A stretch of DNA of 63,476 bases, counting the filler, from Octopus bimaculoides (lineage: Eukaryota): NCBI RefSeq assembly GCF_001194135.2. It is 4 parts of 3 records of this genome, joined end to end, with 100 filler letters (N's around TTAATTAATTAA, not from the genome) between each part and the next. Parts side by side here need not be neighbours in the genome. Positions count along the whole stretch, not along the records: positions 23,455 to 45,024 come from NC_068985.1; positions 45,125 to 51,203 come from NC_068987.1; positions 51,304 to 63,476 come from NC_068986.1; 1 more part is not named here. One strand, given 5' to 3'. Position numbers and translations under genes: made by a program. This document shows positions 37,469 to 52,199 of this stretch, one piece after another. The notes beneath the pieces were generated by a model. The model did no database searches. It had not been told where the DNA came from and was given only the letters and a program-made list of their open reading frames with translations. The first letter of the stretch is position 1; each line of letters opens with the position of its first letter.

Positions 37469-38644
37469 ATACGGTTCACATTCTANNNNNNNNNNNNNNN
37501 NNNNNNNNNNNNNNNNNNNNNNNNNNNNNNNNNNNNNNNNNNNNNNNNNNNNNNNNNNNNNNNNNNNNNNNNNNNNNNNNNNNNNNNNNNNNNNNNNNNN
37601 NNNNNNNNNNNNNNNNNNNNNNNNNNNNNNNNNNNNNNNNNNNNNNNNNNNNNNNNNNNNNNNNNNNNNNNNNNNNNNNNNNNNNNNNNNNNNNNNNNNN
37701 NNNNNNNNNNNNNNNNNNNNNNNNNNNNNNNNNNNNNNNNNNNNNNNNNNNNNNNNNNNAAAAAAAAAAAACAAACAACAAAAACAAAACAAAAACAACG
37801 AGATAAATAACGAGAAGAAAATGATGTTAAAAATAAAGAAATAACAGCAACCGCAACAAGAGAAATAAACAAACAAGAAAAGCAACTCAGATTTTCATTT
37901 AGAGTTGAAAGGTAAAAATAAATATCACGTAAATACCGAACCACACATTGTGACAGATGACTTCCTCTCCCGAACTGAGCTCCAAAAGCCAAGGGTCCGT
38001 GCCAATTCAATATCTCTAGTCGTATTTCTTTCCCTCATGTATTGCAACACCAGTATATTGTCAGGGATGTGACCCACTAGCTTAGTATTCTTGAATTATT
38101 CTCGGTCTTAAAGATCAGGCACATGCCTTTATATGTTCTGCTCCGGTCGATGGAGCAAAATTACTATCACACATCGTCCAGAGCTTCCTGAAACTTCTCT
38201 TTCGAGGGCATATACAAGTAGTTTCTGTTTTTCAAAAGCAGAACAAAAACATGTCATATTTCGCTCTCCCTTTTTGAGATAACTTAGTCGAGAAAATAAA
38301 CAGTGTTTTTGGTGATATCTCTCACTTAATCTCCTCTCCTTTTTCTCGGTCCACGACGAAGAGCTGGCTGTGACCTACAATATTTGCAAAAGATGTAATC
38401 TCGTTGTTGCTATTGATGTTGATGGTCATTTCAATTGAAATAAAGATTTCCAGCACAATATTAATATCTTCTGTTTTCCATTATACAAATTTTATCATTA
38501 AAGCGTGAAGCTCTGGCTAATGTTTGATATTTTCAGTATTATCGTTCTAAATTCTGAATTTTCGTTTGAAAATAATTTTAGGGCCGTTTAATGACGCCAT
38601 CGAAGCTATTCTACCCCCAAAATAAAGAGGGTGTTATACTTTAA

Positions 38645-38860
38645 CCCGTCAACTGCGAAATTAAATTTCATGGTAATTCCACTAATTATGTTAAATATCT
38701 ATCAACATTCGTACGTTGCCTCTATATACTCAAAATTTATTAACAAAATATAGTTTCGGACATGACATTTCTCAACGAAAGATAGAATGGTACATAAGAC
38801 TAATGCAGTTAAGGCTAATGAAATTTTGAGGCGATATGCTTGATTTCTGTAGTAAAAGCG
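38645..38860. mobile_element. piggyBac-like MITE
   Basis: TTAA on both sides (38641-38644 and 38861-38864) with imperfect TIRs cccgtcaactgcgaaat / atttctgtagtaaaagcg. Confidence 0.45.
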
Positions 38861-39718
38861 TTAAGGTTTATGCTCCGAGTTGTCCTTCTTCCCTGAGTGC
38901 CTTCCAAGTATACTGAATCCGGTTCACCTACCCAGTTATACTACCGGTGTAGCTGTAGTCACAGAAGTTCCTGTTACTGTACACATTCTTTAACAAAAGC
39001 TAGAGTTTCTCATATTCAGTAGTCATAGAGGACGGCGGACGGTTACTAACAGCTATCTCAGATGTCACCAATCAGAAAACTCCAATTTGCTGTCCCACAA
39101 CAGACTATACAGGGCTTATATCTATCAGAGTCTCCTCCGCTAGAAGATTGTATCGAGCATGAAACCGTGAGTAATGAGAAGTAGCATGCCTAGAACATAC
39201 ATGCATACACACTTACATATGTATATATATATATATATATATATNNNNNNNNNNNNNNNNNNNNNNNNNNNNNNNNNNNNNNNNNNNNNNNNNNNNNNNN
39301 NNNNNNNNNNNNNNNNNNNNNNNNNNNNNNNNNNNNNNNNNNNNNNNNNNNNNNNNNNNNNNNNNNNNNNNNNNNNNNNNNNNNNNNNNNNNNNNNNNNN
39401 NNNNNNNNNNNNNNNNNNNNNNNNNNNNNNNNNNNNNNNNNNNNNNNNNNNNNNNNNNNNNNNNNNNNNNNNNNNNNNNNNNNNNNNNNNNNNNNNNNNN
39501 NNNNNNNNNNNNNNNNNNNNNNNNNNNNNNNNNNNNNNNNNNNNNNNNNNNNNNNNNNNNNNNNNNNNNNNNNNNNNNNNNNNNNNNNNNNNNNNNNNNN
39601 NNNNNNNNNNNNNNNNNNNNNNNNNNNNNNNNNNNNNNNNNNNNNNNNNNNNNNNNNNNNNNNNNNNNNNNNNNNNNNNNNNNNNNNNNNNNNNNNNNNN
39701 NNNNNNNNNNNNNNNNNN

Positions 39719-39751
<33 letters not shown>

Positions 39752-40073
39752 TACATAAACATACATTTAGCTGAAACTTTTAGGTGGATAATCTGCTTGT
39801 TTGGATAGTAGGGGTAGGGGTGAGGCTTAATCCGATTTCGGAAATGCTTTCACGTCAATCTTGTCTTAACAGATAGAATATTTGTCGGAAAAATATCCAC
39901 AGCTACAGAATATACGTATATATAATACATGTATACATACATAAAACATACATACATACATACATTCATACAAACATATGCACACACATATATATGTACA
40001 TACATACGCATAAATACATATACTTATATATACATGCATACATTCACACATATACATATATTTATAAATATAG

Positions 40074-40119
<46 letters not shown>

Positions 40120-41483
40120 TAGATATACATACACACACATATATATATATACAATATATATATGTATATATGTATATATATGTGTGTATATATACATATA
40201 TATACGCATATATGTATATCTATATATATATATATATATATATATANNNNNNNNNNNNNNNNNNNNNNNNNNNNNNNNNNNNNNNNNNNNNNNNNNNNNN
40301 NNNNNNNNNNNNNNNNNNNNNNNNNNNNNNNNNNNNNNNNNNNNNNNNNNNNNNNNNNNNNNNNNNNNNNNNNNNNNNNNNNNNNNNNNNNNNNNNNNNN
40401 NNNNNNNNNNNNNNNNNNNNNNNNNNNNNNNNNNNNNNNNNNNNNNNNNNNNNNNNNNNNNNNNNTGTATATATATATATATATACACGCACATACATGT
40501 GTATATGTATGCATATATTCATGTATATTTGGTCACACATTTTTATCAGATTGTTTTTGTATTTCTACTTACGTAAATTTGCATACATGACTAAATGCGT
40601 ATGTACACGTGTATTATGCATGTACATACATTTAGGTACAGTATATACGTATATAAATGCACAAGTAGCTGGACTCATCGTGACACCCACAGCCACGCAC
40701 ACACACGCACATATACACACGGACACACGTACATACACTTGTACACACATGCACAAGAGCAACACGACATACACCTACGCAACACATACCACACGCACAG
40801 ACACATTAACGTGTGGACGTGTTTATATTTATGTATGTACGCATGTATGTATGTATTTATGTGGATATGTATGTATGCGTGTGAATTTATAGACATGTGC
40901 ATTCAGCCTATTTCGAGATTATCTTTGGTATTACTGTTGAAATGCTAAAAGAGTTAACACATGTCAGCTTGAGAACCAAACATAACCAAGCAAAAAGTTG
41001 AAAAAAAAAAACGCATACCAAATAAACATCTAACATAAAGAAATACACAGATATGTAATAGTAAAACATAAATCTATAGTCAGAGCAAGAAAAAGGGGAA
41101 GAGACAGCAATGAGAACGAAAACATCAAAGAGTAAAGACACCCAGAAGCTTTTTGTTGATAAAAGAAGTTGAGAGAACATTTGAACAGTTTGTCCGAGTA
41201 AGAAAACAAAAGAGAAACAAAGATTAAAAACCCAACAATAGAAAAGAAAACGAAACGAACCAAAATGAAACAAAATAACAAAATTTGACATTTTGTTTTT
41301 CACTAAATCCAAAACCATTTGTCAGGAGAAAGTAGGTGCTATTTAGCAATACCATACCATTTCTATATAGATTTTTGGCTTTGTCTTCGGAATGAAGAAA
41401 ATCCTTTCCCAACATGTAGGAGGCACTTGTGAGCTTTCTCATTAAAGTACAGTTCATATATCATGTACGAATAAAGCAGCTGC

Positions 41484-41571
<88 letters not shown>

Positions 41572-41861
41572 AGGCATACACACACTTACAAGGGGAATAT
41601 GTTGAAGAAAATTATAATTACCTGATCCTCCTGTATTTTCTTTTCCACAAAGCCGGGAAGTTTTCAGCATCCCTTCGTACATACACATTTATGCACAGAA
41701 ATAAGTAAGAAAGTACATTAAGACATGCAATAACGTAAGCAAGATATAAAGAAAAGTAAATATATGAAAGGATACAGATTAGGTTGAGTTAGGGCTCTCT
41801 ATCCTATTCGTTTAATCGATTCTCAAACTACGTATAATGCAACCGAATGCTCCGGTAAACA

Positions 41862-42660
41862 TCATTTGAGCCATTTGGTGTCAAAAAATCCAACGTTTCG
41901 AAGGTATTCTCTTTTAATTTCAGTATAAATCATTAATCTTAGTTTCATTAGTTTATTTTTTGCATGTTTATATTTTGAATTTATTTTTGTGTCATAAAAA
42001 TCTTGGTAAGTTTGTAACACCAGAGATGCGTAATTTTTTCTATTAACCGTTTCTTTCAATTTTGAAGAGCAGCAAAGCTTCGTTCATTTATATCCTCTTC
42101 CTTTTATTCTATTTTCCTTGGACAGGAGTGTCAACATCGCTTTGAATAAAAGTTTCCGTCTCACCCATTTTCGTTGGTTTATGTTGAGTATCCTTTGCTG
42201 TAGTTTCTCCCTTTTTTCTTTAGTATTTTCGCTGACAATTACTAGATTTTCATTTGCAAGTATTATTTCTCTTCATCACATAACGATAGTGTAGTACTAC
42301 ATGTTGCCATTGTTAGGAGATAAAGGGTTTATCTATTTCCTGAAGAGGGCAGAAAGGCATTCACTTACTATCCCCAGAGTTTTAGTGGGTGGTACTCTGG
42401 AAAATGGAGGTTTTAGTGTTAGTGAATCATCCGTATTTTCGTCTTTCTCTTTTTTTGCTTAATATTTCCGGTTCTTCCGAGCATTCAGCTTTAATGTTAG
42501 CTTTACTCTGACAAAAATAGCGACTCGACGTTTTGGTTTTTATCGTTCATCTCGTGCTCTTTGTCCTGGCACCTTCCACTGGGAACAGTTCAAGCATGAC
42601 TTTATGACTGCTGAGTGTCTCTTGAACTTGAAAATCCATTCCGGCGTCCCCTGACCACAT
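41862..42660 (-). mobile_element. Possible L1/Tx1-like LINE debris
   Basis: C-terminal-like IYTEIKREY...FFDTKW and an upstream CLNC..RARD knuckle-like remnant; weak. Confidence 0.3.
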
Positions 42661-42694
42661 ATCACATTCTGTTATCGCTATTTTGATTACACTC

Positions 42695-42885
42695 TCATAC
42701 TGCTCTGATGGAGCTCCCTGGCTTTTCAGCGATCTTAAAGTTGAGTTTAGTCTCCTTTAGAGCTTTCCTAAACCTACAGGCTAGTTCTCCATAGGTTGTG
42801 GCCTCTACAAACATCATTCCTGCAATTGTTCTCGTTCCAGCACACAATCTCAGATCAGGTCGCTTGCTATGCAAGTACATCTCCG
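42695..42885 (-). mobile_element. Penelope-like (Neptune-type) fragment
   Basis: MFVEATTYGELACRFRKAL..FKIAEKPGSSI resembles the segment between RT and GIY-YIG in PLEs. Confidence 0.55.
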
Positions 42886-43292
42886 TAATATATATATATA
42901 TATATATATACACAAAACACACACACACACAGTGATATTAAATGAATATCCACACATACATATTCATATTAATATTTGTATGCAGGTGACTCTTTCTATA
43001 TCTGTGCAATGTTGAGGACAGAAGTATTTTTTATTTGCCAAATGAACAACAAATACTGCCGCCCACACCACTCAAAGTGTTTCTGAAACTATTTTTACAT
43101 ATAAACAACACGATTAGTAGCTAACGACATGTTGTTCTGTTTTCACAAACCATGAAGCTAATCCTTTGTCAATGTTAATTTCTGTCAATTTTGTGCATTT
43201 TATAAAATACGACCCAAAGTATTTACTTAGAGAATATAGTGAATGCTCTACAGAGGACATCAGCGGAATAATGCGCTCGGAGAAGGAATGTG

Positions 43293-43349
<57 letters not shown>

Positions 43350-43391
43350 GTGATGACGACGACGACGACGAGGACGACGATGATGATGATG

Positions 43392-43456
<65 letters not shown>

Positions 43457-43714
43457 CGATATAAACGTACCTGTCAAGACCTACCAAAAACTGAGCAAAT
43501 ATAAAGATCTTGAAATAGAAATTAGCAAAATGTGGAATCTGAAGACGAAAACAATACCTATTGTCATAGGTGCCCTGGGAATGACAGCGAAACGGGCTGA
43601 TTACTACCTAGATCAGATTCCAGGAAACCCCAAAATGGCTGAAGTTCAAAAGATAGTGCTCATGGGAACTGCCCATATCCTACGTAAAATACTGTCTATG
43701 TAAAGCAAACACAT
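43457..43714 (+). mobile_element. R4/Dong 3' end (family DE) after (AAT)/(GAT)n
   Basis: KLSKYKDLEIEISKMWNLKTKTIPIVIGALG...VQKIVLMGTAHILRKILSM*. Confidence 0.88.
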
Positions 43715-44037
43715 NNNNNNNNNNNNNNNNNNNNNNNNNNNNNNNNNNNNNNNNNNNNNNNNNNNNNNNNNNNNNNNNNNNNNNNNNNNNNNNNNNNNNN
43801 NNNNNNNNNNNNNNNNNNNNNNNNNNNNNNNNNNNNNNNNNNNNNNNNNNNNNNNNNNNNNNNNNNNNNNNNNNNNNNNNNNNNNNNNNNNNNNNNNNNN
43901 NNNNNNNNNNNNNNNNNNNNNNNNNNNNNNNNNNNNNNNNNNNNNNNNNNNNNNNNNNNNNNNNNNNNNNNNNNNNNNNNNNNNNNNNNNNNNNNNNNNN
44001 NNNNNNNNNNNNNAATAATAATAATAATAATAATAAT

Positions 44038-44260
44038 AGGTATAATAAAAAATATTCAGACAAATACATAACAAAAACACCAGGACTTACAAATATATAT
44101 TACAGAAAATTGCACTACTGGGCACTGCACACATCCTACGCAAAACACTTTCAATACAGTAACCATAAGAACACCACAGCAAACCACAGCACATACCCAA
44201 GGCGCACAGAGCTGCGCTCGGTAGTGAAGTGAAAGCACGTTATAAAAAATAAAACTACTG
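44038..44260 (+). mobile_element. R4/Dong 3' end (family DA) between (AAT)n tracts
   Basis: Near-identical to 23455-23654. Confidence 0.88.
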
Positions 44261-44322
44261 AACAATAATAATAATAATAATAAACAACAATAATAACAAT
44301 AATGGTGACGATAATGATGATG

Positions 44323-44383
<61 letters not shown>

Positions 44384-44539
44384 TAGCAGCAACAACAACA
44401 AAGAACACATAATGCTGCACACACCCCAACAACACGGAGGTGTAGCAAGTTATGCAGCAGAAATTTGCTTGAATCTATCAACTGTTGAATACTACTACTA
44501 CTACTACTATTACTGCTACTACTACTGCTACTACTACTG

Positions 44540-44600
<61 letters not shown>

Positions 44601-44855
44601 AAATGATTTCTTTTATTTGCCACCAGGATGAAAGATGAGGGGGACAATACAAAGAAAAACATCAAGTGTGGGGTTTTATATGTAATGAAATGAGAGGAAC
44701 ACAAATATATAAATGTATAGAAAGTATACACAGTATACAATAAGACAGAGAAGGGAAGTATACATAGTATACCATTGTAAAAGTAAAATAAAAAATAAAA
44801 TAAAATGATATAAAATGAAATGAAATAAAATAAAATGAAATAAAATAAAATAAAT

Positions 44856-45024
44856 AGGCGCAGGAGTGGCTGTGTGGTAAATAGCTTGCTTACCAACCAC
44901 ATGGTTCCGGGTTCATTCCCACTGCGTGGCACCTTCGGTAAGTGTTTTCTACTATAGCCTCGGGCCGACCAAAGCCTTGTGAGTGGATTTGGTAGACGGA
45001 AACTGAAAGAAGCCTATCGTATAT
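44856..45024 (+). mobile_element. SINE family B, young copy (5' half, runs into gap)
   Basis: ggcgcaggagtggctgtgtggtaa (A-box) and ccgggttcattccc (B-box). Confidence 0.9.
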
Positions 45025-45124
45025 NNNNNNNNNNNNNNNNNNNNNNNNNNNNNNNNNNNNNNNNNNNNTTAATTAATTAANNNNNNNNNNNNNNNNNNNN
45101 NNNNNNNNNNNNNNNNNNNNNNNN

Positions 45125-45163
<39 letters not shown>

Positions 45164-46138
45164 CATTATTTAAAAAAATCATAATGTGTGTGGCGTGCGT
45201 GTGTGTGCATTTCTGAGAGTTGCAGAGAATGAAATAGGTTCTATCAAAGTTTACTAAGACTGAGGAATATTCTCCACATCAAACCTCACAGCATGCCATT
45301 AGTGAGGAGTGATAAAAACGTTGTCATGAGGAGAAAAAAATTATCGTCCGTTTGTCCAAGTTGTAATACAGACATTTTGATGTTGGTGGGTGGCAGTTGT
45401 GAGGGTGTCGGTGTTGTTGCTTATTGTTGTTTTTGTTGCTGTTGCTATTGTTGTTGTTGCTGCTGCTGTTGTCATCGATGTCTTTGTAGTTATTGTTGTT
45501 GCTGTTGTTAACGATAGATTTCTGAATTTGATGGAAACGTTGCTATGAATAAGTATATAAATAACAAGACTAACAACAACAACAACTGTAAAAACGACTT
45601 ATCGGTAGAAAAATAAATCAAGCACACTGTATAGAGATTTTTTAAAATATAATTCTTGCATAATGTATTTGTGTTATCTGATTCCTTTTCTTGCTTTGTA
45701 ACAGATGCCAAAAATCATAGAATCTTACTTGTATCTACTTCACATACATGACTACATTGGTGTGTATATATGTATGTATGTATGTATGTATTATGGGTGT
45801 TTGTGGGTATGTATGCATCTATGCATGTATGTTTGTGTATGTATGTATGCATGTACGTATGCATGTATGTGTGTATGCATGGATGTTTGCATATATGTAA
45901 ATGTATACATTTACATACATACACAAATGCGCGCCTACACACACCTACAGATGCATACATCCATGCCCATCTAGGCGGTACATTTAATTTCGTCCATTTA
46001 TTTAGATAACAAAACCATAGTTTCGTGGTGCTTTTAAAGAGAGGAAAAAAATACTCCAGATAAAATAAACAAACAGAAGTGTGTGGACACAGTTAAAATG
46101 GAGATGTGACTATGTTGAGGAATGAGGTACGAGAGATT

Positions 46139-46245
<107 letters not shown>

Positions 46246-47440
46246 GGGGAGAGTGGGGAGGAAGGGTGAACGAGAGACAGAATGTGAGAGAGAAAGAGAA
46301 AAGTTAAAGAGAGAGAAAGAAAGTTAAAGAGAGAGATGATGAAAGAGTGAATGAGAGAGAGATGATGAAAGAGTGAATGAGAGAGAGGATAAGAGAGAAA
46401 GAGAAAGTGAGTGGGAGAGAGACAGGGAGAGGACGAAAGAGTAATGAAAAAAGAAAAGGACGTATATGGAAATAATGAATAAATAGGAAAGTGAAGAAGT
46501 GTAAAGTTTTGTATTGCCACAGATCGTGCCTAATTCGTTGAATACACACGCGCGCGCGCACGCATATGATTAAATTAACTTGTATTTATTTGTATACATG
46601 TTTGCAAGAATAAATAAAAATATACATTTATTTATCTTTGGATATTTGTAAATGTCAATGTCTAAAGAAGCTGGCTTATTAAAAAAATAAGATAAAGATA
46701 TCTAGTTTTCTGTTTCTCTTGATACTGGTCTCCATAGAAAGATGGCGTCTACTACATACTATCTGAATTTCAAAGAAAAAAAAAAAAGATTCCTCAAAAA
46801 CTTTTTTACTCATCACTCACTGATAACATTTCTGTCATTTTTTTTCTCTTAAAAAATAAATATTTTCTATTTCCTTTTCTTATCTGATCAAGAGCAAAGA
46901 TAACTAGAAATTATGCACTCGTTATTCCGCCATCTTTTTCCTATCTTGATTTATATCTCTGCCGTTTCTCCACCTTTCTTCTCTCACACATACATACATA
47001 CATACATACACACATACATACATACACAAACACACACACACACACACGTTCTCTCAACCTCTTCTCCTTACTCTCTGTCATTCACTCATACTCATATTGC
47101 ACTTACACTCACTTTTTGCTTCTCACTATTTCATCGTCTTCCTCACTGTTCCACACATTGACGTGTTTCTTCATAAACGTGCCATACGTAATCTGGTTTC
47201 TTACATTCCTCTAACTTTAAGTAATAGACCTTCAAACCATCGTCTCGGAATAACGAACAAACGAAGCAGATTCTAATACTTGACTTTCTAGTATTAGCAG
47301 TTAAATCTCCCTCACTTGACATCTAACCAACTTTAAATTTAGTTATATATATATATATATATATATATTCTCTGAGATAAATAACAAATGGAGTGGTCAT
47401 GACTGGAATGCCTTTAATCATAGGTTTATTCAACCACAAA

Positions 47441-47471
<31 letters not shown>

Positions 47472-47704
47472 AAGAAGAAGAAGAAAAAGAAGAAGAAGAA
47501 GAAGAACAACAACAACAACAATAACAACAACAACAACAACAACAACTCTCTGAATAATAAAAGAAACTTAAAACAAAGCACCTATCATTTTAAAAATACA
47601 TGAAAAGAAAAAGGAAACCAACAATGGAAAAAAGTGAGCTAGACTCGAGATTGTGTGTGTGTGTGTACATATATATGTGTGTGTGTAGGTATGATTATGT
47701 GATG

Positions 47705-47830
47705 AAGGTACGTGTCTTAGTTGTTAAGGTGTTCGACTAACAACCATAAGGTTGTAGGTTCAATAGCTGGATCGAGCAGGACGCTGTCCTTGAGCAACGT
47801 ATTTCATTTCACATTCCTCCAGTCTACTCA
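47705..47830 (+). mobile_element. Degenerate tRNA-derived SINE with CORE-like tgtccttgagcaa segment
   Basis: tcttagttgttaagg...gtaggttcaatagc...gctgtccttgagcaacg. Confidence 0.5.
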
Positions 47831-48013
47831 GCAGCACTTAATGTTCTGATGTTGCCCTATCTTCCTCCAATTGCAACATCTAGAATTTTCCATTGGATCT
47901 AAGGTGGATGAGCCGAAAGGGTACCTATGTTTGCTTGCGACAACATAAATACCTGAAACAATAAACAATGCTACGACACCATACTCTCTCGCGAGTGCTT
48001 CTTGGCTGTAGAT

Positions 48014-48046
<33 letters not shown>

Positions 48047-48115
48047 GGTATATATATTTTGTATTGACAGATATTATCATCATTACGTAAGTGGGGCGCT
48101 AAGTAAAATTGCAAT

Positions 48116-48253
48116 ATCAGTCCAAATATGCTTGAGGCACGTTCGAGCTGGGGAAAAAACATTTGTCAACAAGCGAGATATATTCTCAGTGACAAAATTC
48201 AGTGAGTAGCTTGTTCCCCAGTTCGAATGTGCCACAAGCATATCTGGACTGAT
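48116..48253. mobile_element. 138-bp foldback (MITE-like) with 40-bp arms
   Basis: 48116-48155 versus 48214-48253 match at 36/40; TA at both outer edges. Confidence 0.6.
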
Positions 48254-49222
48254 AATAACATTGCAATTATCATCATCATCATCGTCGTCGTCATCCATTT
48301 TTCCAGATGTCCTTCCAGTCACCAACACTCACTTATTTCCTAGTAAGATATATTTTCACAGAAGAATGGCACTGCTTGTGTGTGACAGTGTCTCTCATTT
48401 ACAGCTATCAAGACAATGCGACACAAGCATGCACACACGCACACACGCACACATACTGCTGTGCAGAGGAACTATACCCGAAACCATTTGGCTGGGAAGC
48501 AAACTTGTTAACTACTCAGCCACGCAGGTTAGTAGTAATGTCCAAAGAGTGCTATGACATTCGAAGTTTGCCAAGTTATCAGACAAAAGGAAAACATTGC
48601 CTACGCTATCACAGCGGTCTCCATCGCCGCCGCCCCTACCACCACTATCACCACACAAGCGCTTCTGCAGCAGCTGTTGTTATGTAAAAAATGTTTCTGG
48701 ATTTAAGCCAATAGATTGAAGCAATGGGTATCAGAATTCGCTGGAACATGTGTAGCTGACATGAGGAGAAGAAAGTAGAATGGACGAGACGATATCTGAA
48801 GAATGTTGAACTCTGATATGCTAGTCTGTTATGTTATTCTAGGATGTCACCACTATTTTTAATCTGTCGGTGTTCTAATTTTAATATTTTTCATCCTTCT
48901 CTTTCATTAACAGGTTGCTATTTCTAACAGAAATGTTATTTGCTTTTTATTTCTCTGCATAAACTAGAGATCACTTTTGTAAAACAACCACAAGAACACA
49001 ACATTAGGAAAGTAACTGCATCAAAGAGATAGAACTCCCCTTTCATATCTAATCCTTTTCAACACGTAGCCAAAATACATACCCGATTTCGATAGTGAGC
49101 TGTTCTATATAGTATCATCAACAAAATACTTGATAGTATTCTAGAAGAAAAAACTGGTTATTGTTAAAGTAAGACTATGAAACCCTGTTATTGTCCTCTA
49201 TCTATTAGGAGTTACCTAGATA

Positions 49223-50477
49223 CGAGGGTCGGTTGAAAAGTTCATAGATTGACCAAGATACTCGCATGGAATGTCACTAAATAAGGTTTAGTTTTCAACA
49301 TAGTTCCCCTTGCGGTCCACACACTTTTCATCGGTGTTGCAGTGCTTGGATCCCATCGGTGAAGCTTTCATCTTGTTGGTCAAAAGGGCCATTAACAGCA
49401 GATATAACGTCATCACTGCGATATTGGTACCCAATGAAGTACTTTTTTTCATGTTGGGGAATAGATGATAGTCAAATGAAGACAAATCAGGAGAATAGGG
49501 AGGTTGATCAACCAATTCAAGGCCACAGTCATACACAGCGGCAATTTAGATCAAAGACTGTTCCACTGAATTCTGATAGTCATTGCAACAATCGAAACCA
49601 GGGACTTGTGTGCTGGAGTATTGTCCCATGAAACAAAACCCCTTTTGGTCTTGATAGCCTTTCATAACTTCCTCAGCAAGCTGGCATAGTATTCTCCGTT
49701 TTGAAGAGATTCAATAAACACAACGCCCTCTGCATCCCCCAAACACCTTCCCTGCAGATGAAACGACTTTGGCCTTCTTTGGAGCAGGTGAGGTGGGGCG
49801 TTTCCACTGTATGGGTTGTCTCTTTGTCTCTGGCTCAAAGTCATGAAGTCAACACTCATCCTGACTAAGGAAACGTTCAAGGAAACCAGCTGAATCTGCC
49901 TCAAACAATGGCAGATTTCCCCTTGATGTGATCATCCTGGTGTGCTTTTGATCAGGTGTCAGAAGACATGGCATCCACCAAGCATAAATCTTTGTCATGC
50001 CAAGTTCATTGTGCAGAATATTCTCAGCTCTCTCATAAGATATGCTAATAGCATTGACTATTTGATTTATAGTCAAGCGTCTGTTATCCATCACCATGTG
50101 GTGAACATGATCAATGTTATCCTCTGTTGTAGCAATTTCAGGATGTCCAAACTTTGGGTCATTTTCAAACTCCTAAACTCAGCTTCCCATATTTGCACTG
50201 TTGATAAACTTGGAGCATCGTCCCCTAATATAGCAACCATGTCAGCATTCTCTTTTTCTGCAGATGCTTGATAACATCACGATGCCAAATTTTGCCTATT
50301 TTTAAGAGAAGTCGGTACTAGTTAATTTTGAAGTTTTCTTTGAACAGTGAGATGTCAGTTTACCCGGAAAGAAACAATGCAGTTATTAAAAAGAGGTGTT
50401 GAAATTAATACATACAAGATTTCACAGCTCTAGCATCACTCCATCATAGTTAGCCTATGACTTTTCCAGCCCACTCG
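49223..50477 (-). mobile_element. Full-length defective mariner (DD34D), copy 2 of the 9.5-kb family
   Basis: TA-cgagggtcggttgaaaag TIR and cttttccagcccactcg; LHNELGMTKIYAWWMPCLLT and QPPYSPDL..DYHLF. Confidence 0.95.
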
Positions 50478-50510
50478 CATGTATGCATCCATGTGTATAT
50501 GTACGTATGT

Positions 50511-51203
50511 CATTATTCAGTTTATTTCAAGATTTCTTTCCAATAGAAAAAGAACCGGTTTCTAACCTAGATCCAAGGTCACTTCATTGGAATTTCAACA
50601 TCAACAACAGGGTATTTTTGTATGTATGTATGTATGCATGTATGTATGTATGTATGTATGTATATATGTATGTATGTATGTACGTACGTATGTGTGTGCA
50701 AATTTGTATGTTTTATTTATGTATTCTTATCCATATAGTTGCATATCTAGACATGCTCATATATATATATATTTAAATGATAAACTTCTGGAAAGTTTTA
50801 CAAATTTTTATAGTTCCAGTGATGGATTGGGTCTGTAGTCTTCGGATTAGCTTTCTACTTTCTGGTTTTGTGAAGTCTTCTTTCTCAAGATTGGTATTTA
50901 TGCAGTGTGTTACATATCCCAGGGCCCCCAATAATTACAGGTATAAACCTGAACTTGTTATCTGGATAGAGTAACTGCAGATTTCTCAATAGTTCACCAT
51001 AACTATTCTCTTTTTCACAGATCTTCAGCTTTACGTTAACATCCGCTGGGCAGCTAATTTCCACAACTGTGCACAACTTCTCTTCTCTATCCCAAATCAT
51101 TATATGAGGTCTGGTGTACTTACATTTTATTGAGGTCTTCACTGGTATATTCCACCAGTATTCCTTTTTATTATGAGTGGCTATGGCTTCTACCATATTA
51201 TGG
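50511..51203 (-). mobile_element. R4/Dong RLE endonuclease region and 3' UTR (family F, best-preserved copy)
   Basis: WWNIPVKT..KYTRPHIMIWD..VVEISCPADVNV..EKENSYGELL..FIPVIIG; ORF stop at 50773-50775. Confidence 0.85.
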
Positions 51204-51890
51204 NNNNNNNNNNNNNNNNNNNNNNNNNNNNNNNNNNNNNNNNNNNNTTAATTAATTAANNNNNNNNNNNNNNNNNNNNNNNNNNNNNNNNNNNNNNNNN
51301 NNNCTACCTACCTACACGCATACATACATACATACAAACTGTACGCGCTTGCGTACAACTTTCGGAAAAAAATATTTTGCTGTTTTCATTATTCAGTTAA
51401 AGATGACTAGTAAAAAAAGTCATCATAATGTTCGGCATCGGAATGCGTTCCTCGAATAAAAATGAGAACAAAGATGCAGAATGGCCTACACTTAATGACG
51501 ACACCACGGCGAATAATGTTTCGCCTCAAAGGAACGTCAAAACTTTCGGTGTCGACAACGACAGCAGCAGCAACAACAACAACAATACGAAAGAAATGAA
51601 ACAAAAACGCGAATTTCACCTCCGCTGTCACTGCCGCCTCCGCTACATTGCTTTCTTTTGCGATTTTGGCGAGAAATTTGGAAAATTTCCGATTAGGTGA
51701 AGAAGATTAAAAAATGGCAAGGAAAATTGTAAAAAAGAATGGGAGAAGGGTAGCTCTAAACCTTCCATCCGATGTGATAGAAAATATCTTAAGATGCACG
51801 GCCACATACCGCTGCATCGGTGTTAACTCACGCCAGGTAGAAAATGCTCCTGAGACCGAAATACAAAAATGCTTTGTGTCCGTATGGGAA

Positions 51891-52056
51891 CAAAAGACAC
51901 GCATCACCTCAGAAAAGAAGTTTGGAACTACTGAAGTGAGATTTGGAACGGAAGAAGAAGTCAGGTATCATTCCAAAAGACACGCGTAACCTCAGAAAAG
52001 AAGTTTGGAACCACTGAGGTGAGATTTGGGACGGAAGAAGAGATCAGGTATCATTC
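51891..52056 (+). repeat. Two tandem 83-bp units (51891-51973 and 51974-52056)
   Basis: Direct alignment with few substitutions. Confidence 0.95.
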
Positions 52057-52199
52057 CGCGACCACTTTCAGGAATGAAAACTTCTTAATCCCAGCTATCG
52101 TGGCCAACGCCTTGCCATACTTGGGATGTTGAACATGCTGCCAGAAATATCCATCACCTGGTTAGTGGAGCTCAAGAAAATACCTAAACAAAACTGGGC

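Noticed and set aside
44856-44930. tRNA gene calls for SINE heads (also 3284 and 13388)
   Set aside because: A and B boxes are present but there is no complete cloverleaf, and they continue into SINE bodies.
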